From Marinicella sp. (lineage in GTDB: Bacteria > Pseudomonadota > Gammaproteobacteria > Xanthomonadales > Marinicellaceae): DNA of 64,000 nt. The first letter of the stretch is position 1; every line of letters starts with the position of its first letter. The notes beneath the pieces were generated by a model. It made no database searches. It worked only from the letters and a program-made list of their open reading frames with translations, and was not told the origin of the DNA. This document shows, piece after piece, positions 29,875 to 39,308 of the stretch. The position numbers and the translations under genes are program-made. The DNA lies in contig OZ246001.1 of NCBI GenBank assembly GCA_965230295.1, forward strand, positions 1,504,001-1,568,000, given 5' to 3'.

Positions 29875-31243
29875 GCTGGAAACGCGGTAATTTCTGTTTA
29901 ACCAAACGCTCGGCCCGAGCAAAATCAACCTGTTCAACAGCCTCAATACCTGTACTCAGGTCGGTCAGTATTTTGGCTTGGATTTTGCCCCGAGAAAAAG
30001 CCTGTGCATAAGGTATCAGGTGGAACATCACCATCGAATAACGTGGGATGAAATACTCAGGTAGGCGCCGCTCCAGTTCAAATGCAATGGCTTTTTTTAA
30101 ATGAAATTTAGGGTCATTGACTGTGGCACGCATTTCAACATAATTTTCCAAGGCCATGTCAGCAATGGCGTTGCTGTTGGCCATGCGACTTTCAACAAAG
30201 GCTGACATGGCCAATTGCCAGTCATCCTGATACAGATCCAGGGCTTTGTCCATGGCCACACAATCCTCAAACCCTGCATTCATACCCTGTCCATGAAAGG
30301 GGACGATGGCATGGGCGGCATCACCCGTCAAGACCGCTCGGCTGAATTGCCAATCATGACACCTGATGGTACCCAAATAGCCCGTGGGGTTGTTGAAATA
30401 ATCATTCACCAACTCTGGGATCATGGGTTTGGCATCTGCAAACTGTGCATCAAACAAGGCATGCAATGCCGGTTCATCGTTGATTGATGCAAAACTCACC
30501 GGGCCTTCATTGGGCATGAATAAAGTGAGGGTAAAACTGCCATCCGGGTTGGGCAAGCCAATCATCATGTAATCATCACGAGGCCAAATGTGCAGGGCTT
30601 CTTTTTCTAATTGAAAAACGCCATCAGGTCCAGGCGGGATATTGAGCTCTTTGTAAGAATGGTCCAGTAATTCTGCAGTGAACTCTGTTTCCTGACGGTT
30701 TTTCATGGATTCCCGCACCTGACTGCCACCGCCATCGGCACCAATCAGATAATCATAATCAACCATCACAGTCTGGCCTTGAACCTGGCTGTTGACCGTA
30801 CAGTTGTGTTGCTCAAAATCAATGGCAACACATTCATGTTTGAAGAAAAATTCAACCTGTCCTGTGGCTTCAGCAGCATCGCGTAAAATACTGACCAAAC
30901 CAGCACGAGACACCGAATAAATCACTTCTTCAGGTTTTTGCCCATAGCTTTGAAATTTAAGCTGTCCTTGTTCGTCATGCAACATGCGCCCTTGCATGGG
31001 AATCAACAATTCATTGACCTGATCCATCAGGCCCAATCGATCCAAGGCATCGATGCCGCGATTGGCCAGCGCCAGGTTGATTGACCTGCCTGCAGAGATG
31101 GCTTCTTTGCGGATGTCTGGCAGTTGCTCATAAACACTGACTTGATAACCACGTCGTGCCAAATAGATCGCATGCATGGATCCCACCAGCCCGGCGCCCA
31201 TGATCACAATGTGCTTGGGTTGGTCGTTGTTGTTTTCGCTCAC
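29867..31243 (-). CDS. kmo: Kynurenine 3-monooxygenase
   Basis: GAGLVG, GRSINLALA.RG, LHIWPR and GDAAHAIVPFHGQGMN.GFED. Confidence 0.92.
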   Translation of the reverse strand: MSENNNDQPKHIVIMGAGLVGSMHAIYLARRGYQVSVYEQLPDIRKEAISAGRSINLALANRGIDALDRLGLMDQVNELLIPMQGRMLHDEQGQLKFQSYGQKPEEVIYSVSRAGLVSILRDAAEATGQVEFFFKHECVAIDFEQHNCTVNSQVQGQTVMVDYDYLIGADGGGSQVRESMKNRQETEFTAELLDHSYKELNIPPGPDGVFQLEKEALHIWPRDDYMMIGLPNPDGSFTLTLFMPNEGPVSFASINDEPALHALFDAQFADAKPMIPELVNDYFNNPTGYLGTIRCHDWQFSRAVLTGDAAHAIVPFHGQGMNAGFEDCVAMDKALDLYQDDWQLAMSAFVESRMANSNAIADMALENYVEMRATVNDPKFHLKKAIAFELERRLPEYFIPRYSMVMFHLIPYAQAFSRGKIQAKILTDLSTGIEAVEQVDFARAERLVKQKLPRFQHG

Positions 31244-32514
31244 AATGAAGCCTCCAAAATATCTACAAAACGAACACAGTCTTGGTATGAATTGTACAAC
31301 GGCACTGGAGCCACTCGAATGACATTCGGTTCGCGCCAGTCACAGGTCACGCCAGCCAATTCAATGGCATCAAACACCTGCTGGCCGGTTTTGTTGTTGC
31401 TGTTGACACAAATTGATAATTGACAACCACTCAAAGTTTCATCAGGAGTGATGATCTCCACACAATCCGCCAAACGGTTGTTCAATAAAAAGCGTAAATA
31501 AGCAGTTAATTGCTTCGATTTGTCGCGAAGTACAGAAATTCCGCCGGCTTGTTTGAATGTGTCAAGTGAGGCCCTGATGGCTGCCAATGACAAGATCGGC
31601 GGGTTTGATAACTGCCAACCTTCTGCGGTTTGTATCGGAATGAAGTGGTTCTCCATTTTAAATCGAGTGGCTTTGTCATGGCCCCACCAGCCTGCAAATC
31701 TGGGCAATTCAGTGTTGTCGTGGTGCTTCTCATGAACAAAACAACCAGCCACTGAACCCGGACCAGAATTCAAATATTTATAGGTACACCAGGCCGCAAA
31801 ATCCACGCCCCAATCATGTAACTGCATGACTACATTGCCTGCCGCATGGGCCAAATCAAACCCCACTGTGATGTCATGATGTTGTGCCGCATCCGCGATG
31901 GCTTGCATGTCAAAAACCTGACCAGTGTAGTACTGCACACCTGGTAACAGAATCAACGCCAACTCATCGGCATGGGCATCCATGGTGGCCAGGATGTCTT
32001 CTGAATGAAGACACTCTTCACCAGCCCTTGGTTTCAACAGGATCATGGCATCATCGGGATCGTGACCATGAAATTTGACTTGAGATTCCACCGCATAATG
32101 ATCGGATGGAAACGCATGGTCTTCAAGCAACACTTTGTATTTTTTATCAGTCGGTCGATAAAAGCTGACCATCAGAAAATGCAAGTTGGCGGTCAATGAA
32201 TTCATACACACCACTTCTGATGGCTCCGCGCCAACCAACTGGGCCGACTCAGCGGCTAAAAACTCATGGTAAGGCATCCAGGGGAATTCGCAGTCAAAGT
32301 GCCCTTTAACCCCCAGGGTTTGCCATTTATGCAACTCATCATTCAAATACTGAGCTGTCAACTTGGGCTGTAAGCCCAGCGAGTTGCCACAAAAGTAAAT
32401 TTCATTCTGGTCTGTGCCTTTGATGAAAGGGATGTGAAATTCAGCACGCATGTGTGCCAGTGGATCTTGCTGATCCAGTTTTTCCGCAAAGGCCATACTG
32501 TCTTCAAAGTTCAT
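31240..32514 (-). CDS. kynU: Kynureninase
   Basis: YFCGNSLGLQP, AFPSD.YA, DLAHAAGN, WCTYKYLNSGPG and RVAPVPLYN. Confidence 0.95.
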   Translation of the reverse strand: MNFEDSMAFAEKLDQQDPLAHMRAEFHIPFIKGTDQNEIYFCGNSLGLQPKLTAQYLNDELHKWQTLGVKGHFDCEFPWMPYHEFLAAESAQLVGAEPSEVVCMNSLTANLHFLMVSFYRPTDKKYKVLLEDHAFPSDHYAVESQVKFHGHDPDDAMILLKPRAGEECLHSEDILATMDAHADELALILLPGVQYYTGQVFDMQAIADAAQHHDITVGFDLAHAAGNVVMQLHDWGVDFAAWCTYKYLNSGPGSVAGCFVHEKHHDNTELPRFAGWWGHDKATRFKMENHFIPIQTAEGWQLSNPPILSLAAIRASLDTFKQAGGISVLRDKSKQLTAYLRFLLNNRLADCVEIITPDETLSGCQLSICVNSNNKTGQQVFDAIELAGVTCDWREPNVIRVAPVPLYNSYQDCVRFVDILEASL

Positions 32515-32596
32515 GAGCAGAAGAATTTTAAAACAGATGATTATAAAGCAACTGATTGTAAATTTCCGAACACAGATTATGAAATCTTTAAATCAA

Positions 32597-33004
32597 TCAC
32601 TCATCCTGCCAGATGATGCTGGCAATATGCCAACTTCCAGGTTTCTTGATCAATTGAAAATGCTTCACCCCTGATCCCTGATACAACTGGCCATCCAGAT
32701 ATCCGGACTTGGCATAGTGTGAAACTCGAGAGGCCAAATGACCATTGATGGTGGTCTGACTGTCGGTTTCCCATTCATGAAACCCAGACAATGAACCTGA
32801 TGCCAATAACTTCATTCTGGGTTCAAGAAAATCGACCAAGTTCATTGATTCAATGTGCGCTTTTTCAACCTTATGAATCACCACTGATGGTAACAGCAGT
32901 TGTTTCATGACTGAAAAATCAGGTGTTTGATCATTGCGGTTATCAAACACCTGAAAGAACTGTTCAATCACACGATCAACGGCTGCCAGCTCTTCATTCT
33001 GCAT
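32597..33004 (-). CDS. NTF2-like/DUF4440-type protein
   Basis: G.LA.RVS.Y.KSG...G.G.K.FQL.K....W.I.S..WQDE. Confidence 0.7.
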   Translation of the reverse strand: MQNEELAAVDRVIEQFFQVFDNRNDQTPDFSVMKQLLLPSVVIHKVEKAHIESMNLVDFLEPRMKLLASGSLSGFHEWETDSQTTINGHLASRVSHYAKSGYLDGQLYQGSGVKHFQLIKKPGSWHIASIIWQDE

Positions 33005-36000
33005 GGTTATCAGCTTTAACAGGGGGTTGCTTTTTTGATTTGAATTTTGGCCACCAATCACCTTGACGTAAACTTTGTAACAGTTGTTTCAACCAGCTTA
33101 ATAAAGCAAAACTGACCCAAATGGACCACAACAAAATCAACAACTTATACCACCACAAATGCAAGCTGAACAGGGTGATGCTGGGTATTTGGTTGGCCCC
33201 TGCGTCTAAATACCACTCCAACCGAGAAGCGCTGGCACCCACACCGGCCACACCCATGTCAGGATATGACAGCAGGCCATAGGCCACAGCACCGATCAAC
33301 ACCCCCAGTGCAATCAGCGTAAAGATCAAACTGAACCATTGCAGCAAAATACTTTTGGCGCGTGAATCAAAACCGTTAAACTGCTGCTTCCAACCAACGA
33401 AGAACAGCCAACTGGCCACCCAGGCAAATGCCAGCCAAGAAAAGGTCCCAAAGGCACAACCCAACACCAACCATTGCCAAGCTTTCAACGGTGAGTATTT
33501 AATCCGAGCCAAGAAAAATGCCAAGATCACAAACACCAACAACTCACCCCAATACAAAAAGGCCGGACCCACACCAGCAGATCCACCCCACAACAGCCAT
33601 CGGTCCCGAGGCACCTGGATGGTTTGGTTTAAGTTGCTGTAGGCTGCATTCATGTTGATCGAGGGCGTGTGATTGATGACGCCCAAATCATGGTTGAAGT
33701 GCCATTCAATGGTCACATTGTGCTGACCAGGCAAATAACTGACAGCCACCACACCATTTTCATTGACTAAATTAGAATCCACCCCATCAAAGGAGACTTT
33801 TTTCACTACGGCAGACGGGTCCAAATTCACTTCAAACCGCCCGCCTTGGGTGGCGCGGTAATTGATTTTGGTGATGGTTTTGGTGGTCCTTTTACCCACT
33901 GTATAGGTGTTGTTGATGGCATCAATCGACAACGCTTCGCCTGCCACGGCAGCAGGTCTGGATACAGCAATGTTGAGGGACTCGCCTGGCCTGGGCATAT
34001 AGATGTGTTCAAAATAATCATCATAGTCATCGGTCATGTTTTCAGTTGCCACCAGCGGCACACCTGCCATATCAACATGCCATTGCGGCGATGAGACCAC
34101 ATGCCATGATTCAATGTGTTGTTCACTGGGTTGGGCCGTGATCTGCCATTGATCCAACCGCTCCAAGCGCGAACGCCAACTGAATTGGAGTTCTCCCGGC
34201 GCCATACTCACCAGCACCCTGCCTTGGTCATCCTGTTGGACTTTTTCCAAAGGAAATTCGTTGTCCAACAAGGGCAGTGCCACATTGACCACACCATGCT
34301 TGGGGGCCACTCGAGTGACGTGGTTGTCAACGTACCACTGATCGTCAAATTTGATGTAACGCTGCAGTTTCACATAGGGTTTGATGTCAGTACTTTGGGT
34401 CGACTCTTCGGTTGTGGTTTCAGTGCGCTTGGCCGCAATCAACTGTAAGGTTTTGCCCGTCATGTGGTTGCCATCTATGCCGGCAAACTGCCAATCTTGT
34501 GACTGCACGGTCACATGACCAGGCTGGTATGGAAAATTCACAGACACTGCGTTTTTACTGGCCAGGTCTCCGACCAGCTCTACCTGATTGATCCCTTGCT
34601 CCAGTGCCAACCAAGTGAAGTTTTGGTGTCGCAAGCGATTACGCACAATTTGCTCATTGACCCTCACATTCAAAATCTGCCAGTCAGCCGATCCGGGTAG
34701 GGGCACCACCACATCCGCCAGGGTATGATAGGTCATCTGAATGGTCAGCCGATGACCTTCAACCCTCACCGATGCCGACTCTACTGTGGCACACTGGTGG
34801 CCACATTCTGCTGCTGGATACAGCCTGTTTTGCAATTCTTTGAGCATCCCATCTGACGGGAAATCATCGGCCCACAAGGGTTGGGCGAACAGCAGACCGA
34901 ACACCCAAAATAGACTGGTGGAAGTCACTTTCTTTTGGTTGTTTCTCATAGTCCACATGTGTTTCAGTACAGTCATCAGCCACATCACCGTAAAACCAAT
35001 CAACAACAAACGCCACAGCACCCGCATCCAAGGGGTGATTAAATACAATTGATAGCTTTGCGTCGCAGTGATTGGGCCATCCCAATTCAACACCACCGGA
35101 TTGTACCGCCATTGAGGCGTACCCTTGCCAGCTTGGATGGTGGCATCTGTTTGGTAACGGTTCAATAAATCAGCCCGTTTGATTCGTGATCCGGTCACCG
35201 TTAGTTTTCCTTGTTCTTCCAGGGGTTCTTCTGCGAACATCGCATCAGCTGCTTGAACAGCATTGTCCGTGCTGTAGCGCTGTTGGTAAACTTGATTCAA
35301 AGGTGCGGTTTTTTTCACTTTAGAAAATGAGAGGGAAGGTTCAGCCATGGCGTGTCTGTTTTCCAATTGAGGATGAATCGTTAACCGGGCTTCATTGACC
35401 AAAAATGGAATCAGATAAATCACCAATGCCAATACACTCAAGAGAGTGTATGTTTGCACCAACCTCAGCCACCGACCTTGCGGCAACCAAGCCATCAAGC
35501 CTAAGGCCAATATCAAACTGGCCCATGAATAAAGCGGCATGTTCACACTGTGATAACCCAGCACCAATGCCAATAAAGCGAACACGGAGGCTTTCAAGCC
35601 AATCACTTTGAAAGTCAAAACAGTCAGTAACATGACAATGAAAATATCCCAAAGCCGCCATTGTTCCAGCCAAACATGTCGGGTGCTGTCGACATTGTAA
35701 GTTGCCAAGGCCATGTAACCATGGGGTAAAAACAATCGGGTTTGTACCGACTCAAACTGACTGTTCCAACCACTGATTTGATTGAGAAAACTGCCGCCAA
35801 ACTCTCCATCAATGGTCAAATCAACGCGAGGTTTGCGCAGTTCAACACCCTGTTCCCCAGCTTCAGATTCAGTGATCAGCAGTGTTTCGCCAGCATTGGT
35901 GGCACTGAGTAATTGCAACTGGTCATCGGCATTGAGGCGCCATGAGCCCAATTTTTCGCCGCTGATGCGGTCTTTGCTGCGAAAGGTCTGACCATCAAAT

Positions 36001-37049
36001 GACAACCATGCTTGTCTTTGCAGAACCAACTGTTCACTTTGATTCAAGGTACCTCTTTTTTGCTCATTGATGGTGAACACATCGCCGTCATTGACCAAGT
36101 AATTAGGCACTTCAAACCACCTGGATGAAGTTTGTTCTGGATTGATGGGGGTAACCCCTTCAACTTGGGTTAAACGGATGTTTTTGTTGTCTTGGTAGGC
36201 CCAGATCTCTTGTTTTGGCCAGTTCTCACCATCAGCAGTGAAGGTGAATGACGAAGGCCAACCCAACACATTCATGGTGATCAGAATTTCGCTGTAGCCT
36301 GGTTTAAGTTGTACCCACAAGTCACCAGATTGGTCTACATAGGCATTCAATTCACCCGAAACATCGGTGATTTGAAACTGATCAGTCAAAATGCGGCCCA
36401 GGTTTTCATTCCTGGCCACCCCAGAAACCTGTAAATCCAAAGCCAAAAATACCACCATGGGATGCCCATCTATGAACAGGCGATTGACTTCAATGTCCAG
36501 GCTGTTTGCTTCAATTTGCTCATCATCAGTGACTTCACCTAACCACAATGCACGGTCTTGGCGGACTGGGAATTTTACGGGCTCACCTTCTATGGACAAG
36601 GCGATGTCAGCGATTTCAGAAGGCACGCCTATGGACTCAGGTCTTGACTGCCAGTTGAATGTACCCCGGATCTGATACCGCCCTGGTGTTAAAAACACCC
36701 TGGGCTGATGACTTTTATTTTGCACAGGTACCTGGCTCTGGTTAATCGTAATCGCTTGTGGCCAAGTCTTTTGGTCACCAGGTAATGGCACCCAACTGTC
36801 AGCCAAAACTTCCCAGGTTATATAGAAATCGGCCTGATTTTCGGACACATCCAACACCAATTGTTGCGGCCAGGCACAAAGGTGATTGGCTTTGGATCCA
36901 GCGCCTTTGTTGGCAAAATACGGACATGTTCTGAATTCCTGTTGGTACTGTACCCATCCTTGCCAATCAACCAAATCATCTGGAATATCTTGTGCGGAGG
37001 CTGAACCTACAACCAACCATATACCCAACAACTTCCCAAACTTTGTCAT
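32994..37049 (-). CDS. Very large multi-domain membrane protein of unknown function
   Basis: 1351 aa with a signal peptide, two large soluble regions and two TM clusters. Confidence 0.75.
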   Translation of the reverse strand: MTKFGKLLGIWLVVGSASAQDIPDDLVDWQGWVQYQQEFRTCPYFANKGAGSKANHLCAWPQQLVLDVSENQADFYITWEVLADSWVPLPGDQKTWPQAITINQSQVPVQNKSHQPRVFLTPGRYQIRGTFNWQSRPESIGVPSEIADIALSIEGEPVKFPVRQDRALWLGEVTDDEQIEANSLDIEVNRLFIDGHPMVVFLALDLQVSGVARNENLGRILTDQFQITDVSGELNAYVDQSGDLWVQLKPGYSEILITMNVLGWPSSFTFTADGENWPKQEIWAYQDNKNIRLTQVEGVTPINPEQTSSRWFEVPNYLVNDGDVFTINEQKRGTLNQSEQLVLQRQAWLSFDGQTFRSKDRISGEKLGSWRLNADDQLQLLSATNAGETLLITESEAGEQGVELRKPRVDLTIDGEFGGSFLNQISGWNSQFESVQTRLFLPHGYMALATYNVDSTRHVWLEQWRLWDIFIVMLLTVLTFKVIGLKASVFALLALVLGYHSVNMPLYSWASLILALGLMAWLPQGRWLRLVQTYTLLSVLALVIYLIPFLVNEARLTIHPQLENRHAMAEPSLSFSKVKKTAPLNQVYQQRYSTDNAVQAADAMFAEEPLEEQGKLTVTGSRIKRADLLNRYQTDATIQAGKGTPQWRYNPVVLNWDGPITATQSYQLYLITPWMRVLWRLLLIGFTVMWLMTVLKHMWTMRNNQKKVTSTSLFWVFGLLFAQPLWADDFPSDGMLKELQNRLYPAAECGHQCATVESASVRVEGHRLTIQMTYHTLADVVVPLPGSADWQILNVRVNEQIVRNRLRHQNFTWLALEQGINQVELVGDLASKNAVSVNFPYQPGHVTVQSQDWQFAGIDGNHMTGKTLQLIAAKRTETTTEESTQSTDIKPYVKLQRYIKFDDQWYVDNHVTRVAPKHGVVNVALPLLDNEFPLEKVQQDDQGRVLVSMAPGELQFSWRSRLERLDQWQITAQPSEQHIESWHVVSSPQWHVDMAGVPLVATENMTDDYDDYFEHIYMPRPGESLNIAVSRPAAVAGEALSIDAINNTYTVGKRTTKTITKINYRATQGGRFEVNLDPSAVVKKVSFDGVDSNLVNENGVVAVSYLPGQHNVTIEWHFNHDLGVINHTPSINMNAAYSNLNQTIQVPRDRWLLWGGSAGVGPAFLYWGELLVFVILAFFLARIKYSPLKAWQWLVLGCAFGTFSWLAFAWVASWLFFVGWKQQFNGFDSRAKSILLQWFSLIFTLIALGVLIGAVAYGLLSYPDMGVAGVGASASRLEWYLDAGANQIPSITLFSLHLWWYKLLILLWSIWVSFALLSWLKQLLQSLRQGDWWPKFKSKKQPPVKADNHAE

Positions 37050-37311
37050 AAATCACCTGTGTTTTGTATGGCAGCAAACTGCGTTTTTTATCGATGTATT
37101 TCCGATACATCATCTCTTTTGAGATTCGCCTTGTCAATTAAGTTCCCTGATTCACGACTGCAGGCCTGTATACCGACAACTTAGTTCTCCTATATGAATC
37201 CATGGCTGCGCTTTCCTTTCATTCTTGGCATATGGTGGATCCAGGCCTGAACATTTGGTGAAATTAATCACTACTGATTATCCTAAACCAAGTAAAATTC
37301 ATCACCAGTCC

Positions 37312-37339
37312 GCGCCCATGGCTCAGCTCGATGAGCACC
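37312..37339 (+). pseudogene. Degenerate 5' half of a tRNA-Arg gene
   Basis: gcgcccatggctcagctcgatgagca versus gcgcccatagctcagctggatagagta in the intact tRNA; preceded by a similar -10 region. Confidence 0.55.
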
Positions 37340-37431
37340 GAGTTTCGCCTCCCTTCTTTTGCTTCGCAAAAACCGGCTACGCTCACCATTCAATGAAATA
37401 TCTCTGACTCACAAGCTCGCCAACCGATATT

Positions 37432-37580
37432 GGAAAGCTGCTGAACAGCTTGATCCGCCGAGCCAGTTGGTGAGCCTTGCGAATCAGAGGCGAAGAGCGC
37501 GAGGTAGCATGTCATGTTCGCCGTGGTCGCTTTCACTTTTGTCAGGAACAAAAGTGAATGAAGCCCCAAGAACATTCCTT
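37432..37580 (+). repeat. Dispersed structured intergenic element, copy C (shortest)
   Basis: Core at 37500-37580 aligns almost without gaps to 4671-4750. Confidence 0.8.
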
Positions 37581-37636
37581 TATGTGTTTAATCCATACCG
37601 AGAAAAACCTTATCAACTAAAAAACACAACAAACTA

Positions 37637-37664
37637 TTGCCTAAACATCAAAACCCGTTACAAT
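37637..37664 (+). promoter_or_regulatory. Sigma70 promoter of tRNA-Arg
   Basis: ttgcct-N16-tacaat ending 13 nt upstream of the tRNA. Confidence 0.65.
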
Positions 37665-37677
37665 TCATCTTTTCAAT

Positions 37678-37754
37678 GCGCCCATAGCTCAGCTGGATAG
37701 AGTAACTGGCTTCGAACCAGTTGGTCGGGAGTTCGAATCTCTCTGGGCGCGCCA
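37678..37754 (+). tRNA. tRNA-Arg (anticodon TCG)
   Basis: 77-nt cloverleaf: acceptor stem gcgccca/tgggcgc, anticodon arm actgg-cttcgaa-ccagt, T loop ttcgaat, encoded CCA. Confidence 0.97.
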
Positions 37755-37759
37755 TATAC

Positions 37760-37786
37760 AAAAACCACCCTCGCGGTGGTTTTTTT
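37760..37786 (+). terminator. Intrinsic terminator after the tRNA
   Basis: aaaaaccacc-ctcgc-ggtggttttttt. Confidence 0.85.
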
Positions 37787-37901
37787 ATGTCTGGTGTCCA
37801 GATTGTGAGAACTCTCTCAGTTCGACTGAAATGACTGGATCATTTCAGCCCGTCAGCTTGCTGACGACCCCTAAGGGGTGGAGCACATGGATGTGCGGAA
37901 T

Positions 37902-37920
37902 AATCTCTCTGAGTACGCCA
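37902..37920 (+). repeat. Degenerate copy of the tRNA 3' end (tRNA-linked repeat)
   Basis: aatctctctgagtacgcca versus aatctctctgggcgcgcca, 16/19 identical, 166 bp downstream. Confidence 0.65.
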
Positions 37921-37954
37921 ACAACTGACCATCCCTTATATTGATCGTTAAGAA

Positions 37955-39244
37955 TCAATGACTCTGACCCCATTGATCACTCCAACTTGTTGTATCTTGA
38001 TTCAAACTAAACCCTTTTATCTGATCCTTGCTGAGTGCGTATAAAGAAATAATGATAGATACAAGATCGGCATGAGTATTACCCACAACTCGCTTAGTAA
38101 AGTCAAATTCTGGTTTTTTACCAATTAATTCATTCAACCCTATTTTGTAAATGATTCCATTATTCAATTGTTTTACAATTTCAGGTTTAAAACAAAAAAT
38201 GAAAACGCCAAACACCCTCAACATAATTATGCCAAATCTGGTATCACTTTTTAGTCCATAACTTGCCATGGTGTGATAAATCATCAAATGCCTGATAAAT
38301 GTCTCAACCTCTCGCAAAGACAGTTGATTAGCTGCAATTAATGTGTTGAAAAATGTTTCATATCCTGATTTTGCCAAATCAGTTCTCTGAAGTAATTGAT
38401 TTCCAGATAATAGATTTTGAAAGTGTACTTTAGATGTGCTTATCACTTCCTGCTCTTGATAAACATTACCGGGTAAATTAAAACTGTATCCAATGAATTT
38501 GTCTAAATATCGTTTTGCATTAACACTACCATATGAGTGTTCAACAAAAGCCTCAATTTGTTTTAAGTTGGCAACCAATACAAACTGAACGCCCTCTACA
38601 TCGAATATATGCTTTATATTCTCAAGGACTTTTATCGTAAAGTTAGGATGGCATCTATCTAATTCATCTATGAAAATTATTAGCTGATCTGTTTCAGTAA
38701 TCTCTTTTAAAACCGCTTTCAATGCAGTGATTTTTTCTTCTGCCTTTTCATGACTCTTAAGAACGGAGTCAATCGATTTATCAATCATTTCTTTGAATGC
38801 CTGATCAAACTCATCTGGTATTCCTGCCGCGTCCTGTCTCAACAAAAATCCAACTGCTGCTCTACTGACTACACTTGTACCAAATTTCAAAACATTCATA
38901 GCTTTTTCACGAAACTCAATTTTATCGCCGCTTTGAGGCAACGAGTTTAAAATTGCAGCAAGTATGGTTGCTAGTGGTTCATTTGCATGATCTGCCTTGA
39001 AAGCATCAATGTATACTGTATGGTATGTTGTATTGTCATTTGTATCAGTAGTAGGAGATAGTTCCTTCAATAAATTTATCAACTTGTAACAGAATTCAGT
39101 TTTACCCACACCCCAGTCACCATCAATTATTAGCGGGCTAACTGGTATTTCTGATTTAAGCAATTTGATAGTTTTAATAGCAATTGACCGTCTCCTGAAC
39201 TCATCCCTATCAGAGAATTGTAATGAGCTTTGGTCTTCTTTCAT
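37955..39244 (-). CDS. KAP family P-loop NTPase
   Basis: Walker A GDWGVGKT, Walker B IIFIDELDRC, LE.IKHIF and YLDKFI. Confidence 0.88.
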   Translation of the reverse strand: MKEDQSSLQFSDRDEFRRRSIAIKTIKLLKSEIPVSPLIIDGDWGVGKTEFCYKLINLLKELSPTTDTNDNTTYHTVYIDAFKADHANEPLATILAAILNSLPQSGDKIEFREKAMNVLKFGTSVVSRAAVGFLLRQDAAGIPDEFDQAFKEMIDKSIDSVLKSHEKAEEKITALKAVLKEITETDQLIIFIDELDRCHPNFTIKVLENIKHIFDVEGVQFVLVANLKQIEAFVEHSYGSVNAKRYLDKFIGYSFNLPGNVYQEQEVISTSKVHFQNLLSGNQLLQRTDLAKSGYETFFNTLIAANQLSLREVETFIRHLMIYHTMASYGLKSDTRFGIIMLRVFGVFIFCFKPEIVKQLNNGIIYKIGLNELIGKKPEFDFTKRVVGNTHADLVSIIISLYALSKDQIKGFSLNQDTTSWSDQWGQSH

Positions 39245-39308
39245 TGAGCTTCTCCTTTATTGATTGAATGCTATTTTTTGTAAGATTGTTTTGAGTTTCA
39301 AAGCGAAA

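Noticed and set aside
37225-37700. Short ORFs upstream of the tRNA, and similar ones at 4364-4594 and 21923-22264
   Set aside because: They overlap repeat elements, the tRNA or real genes and lack RBS and protein-like composition.
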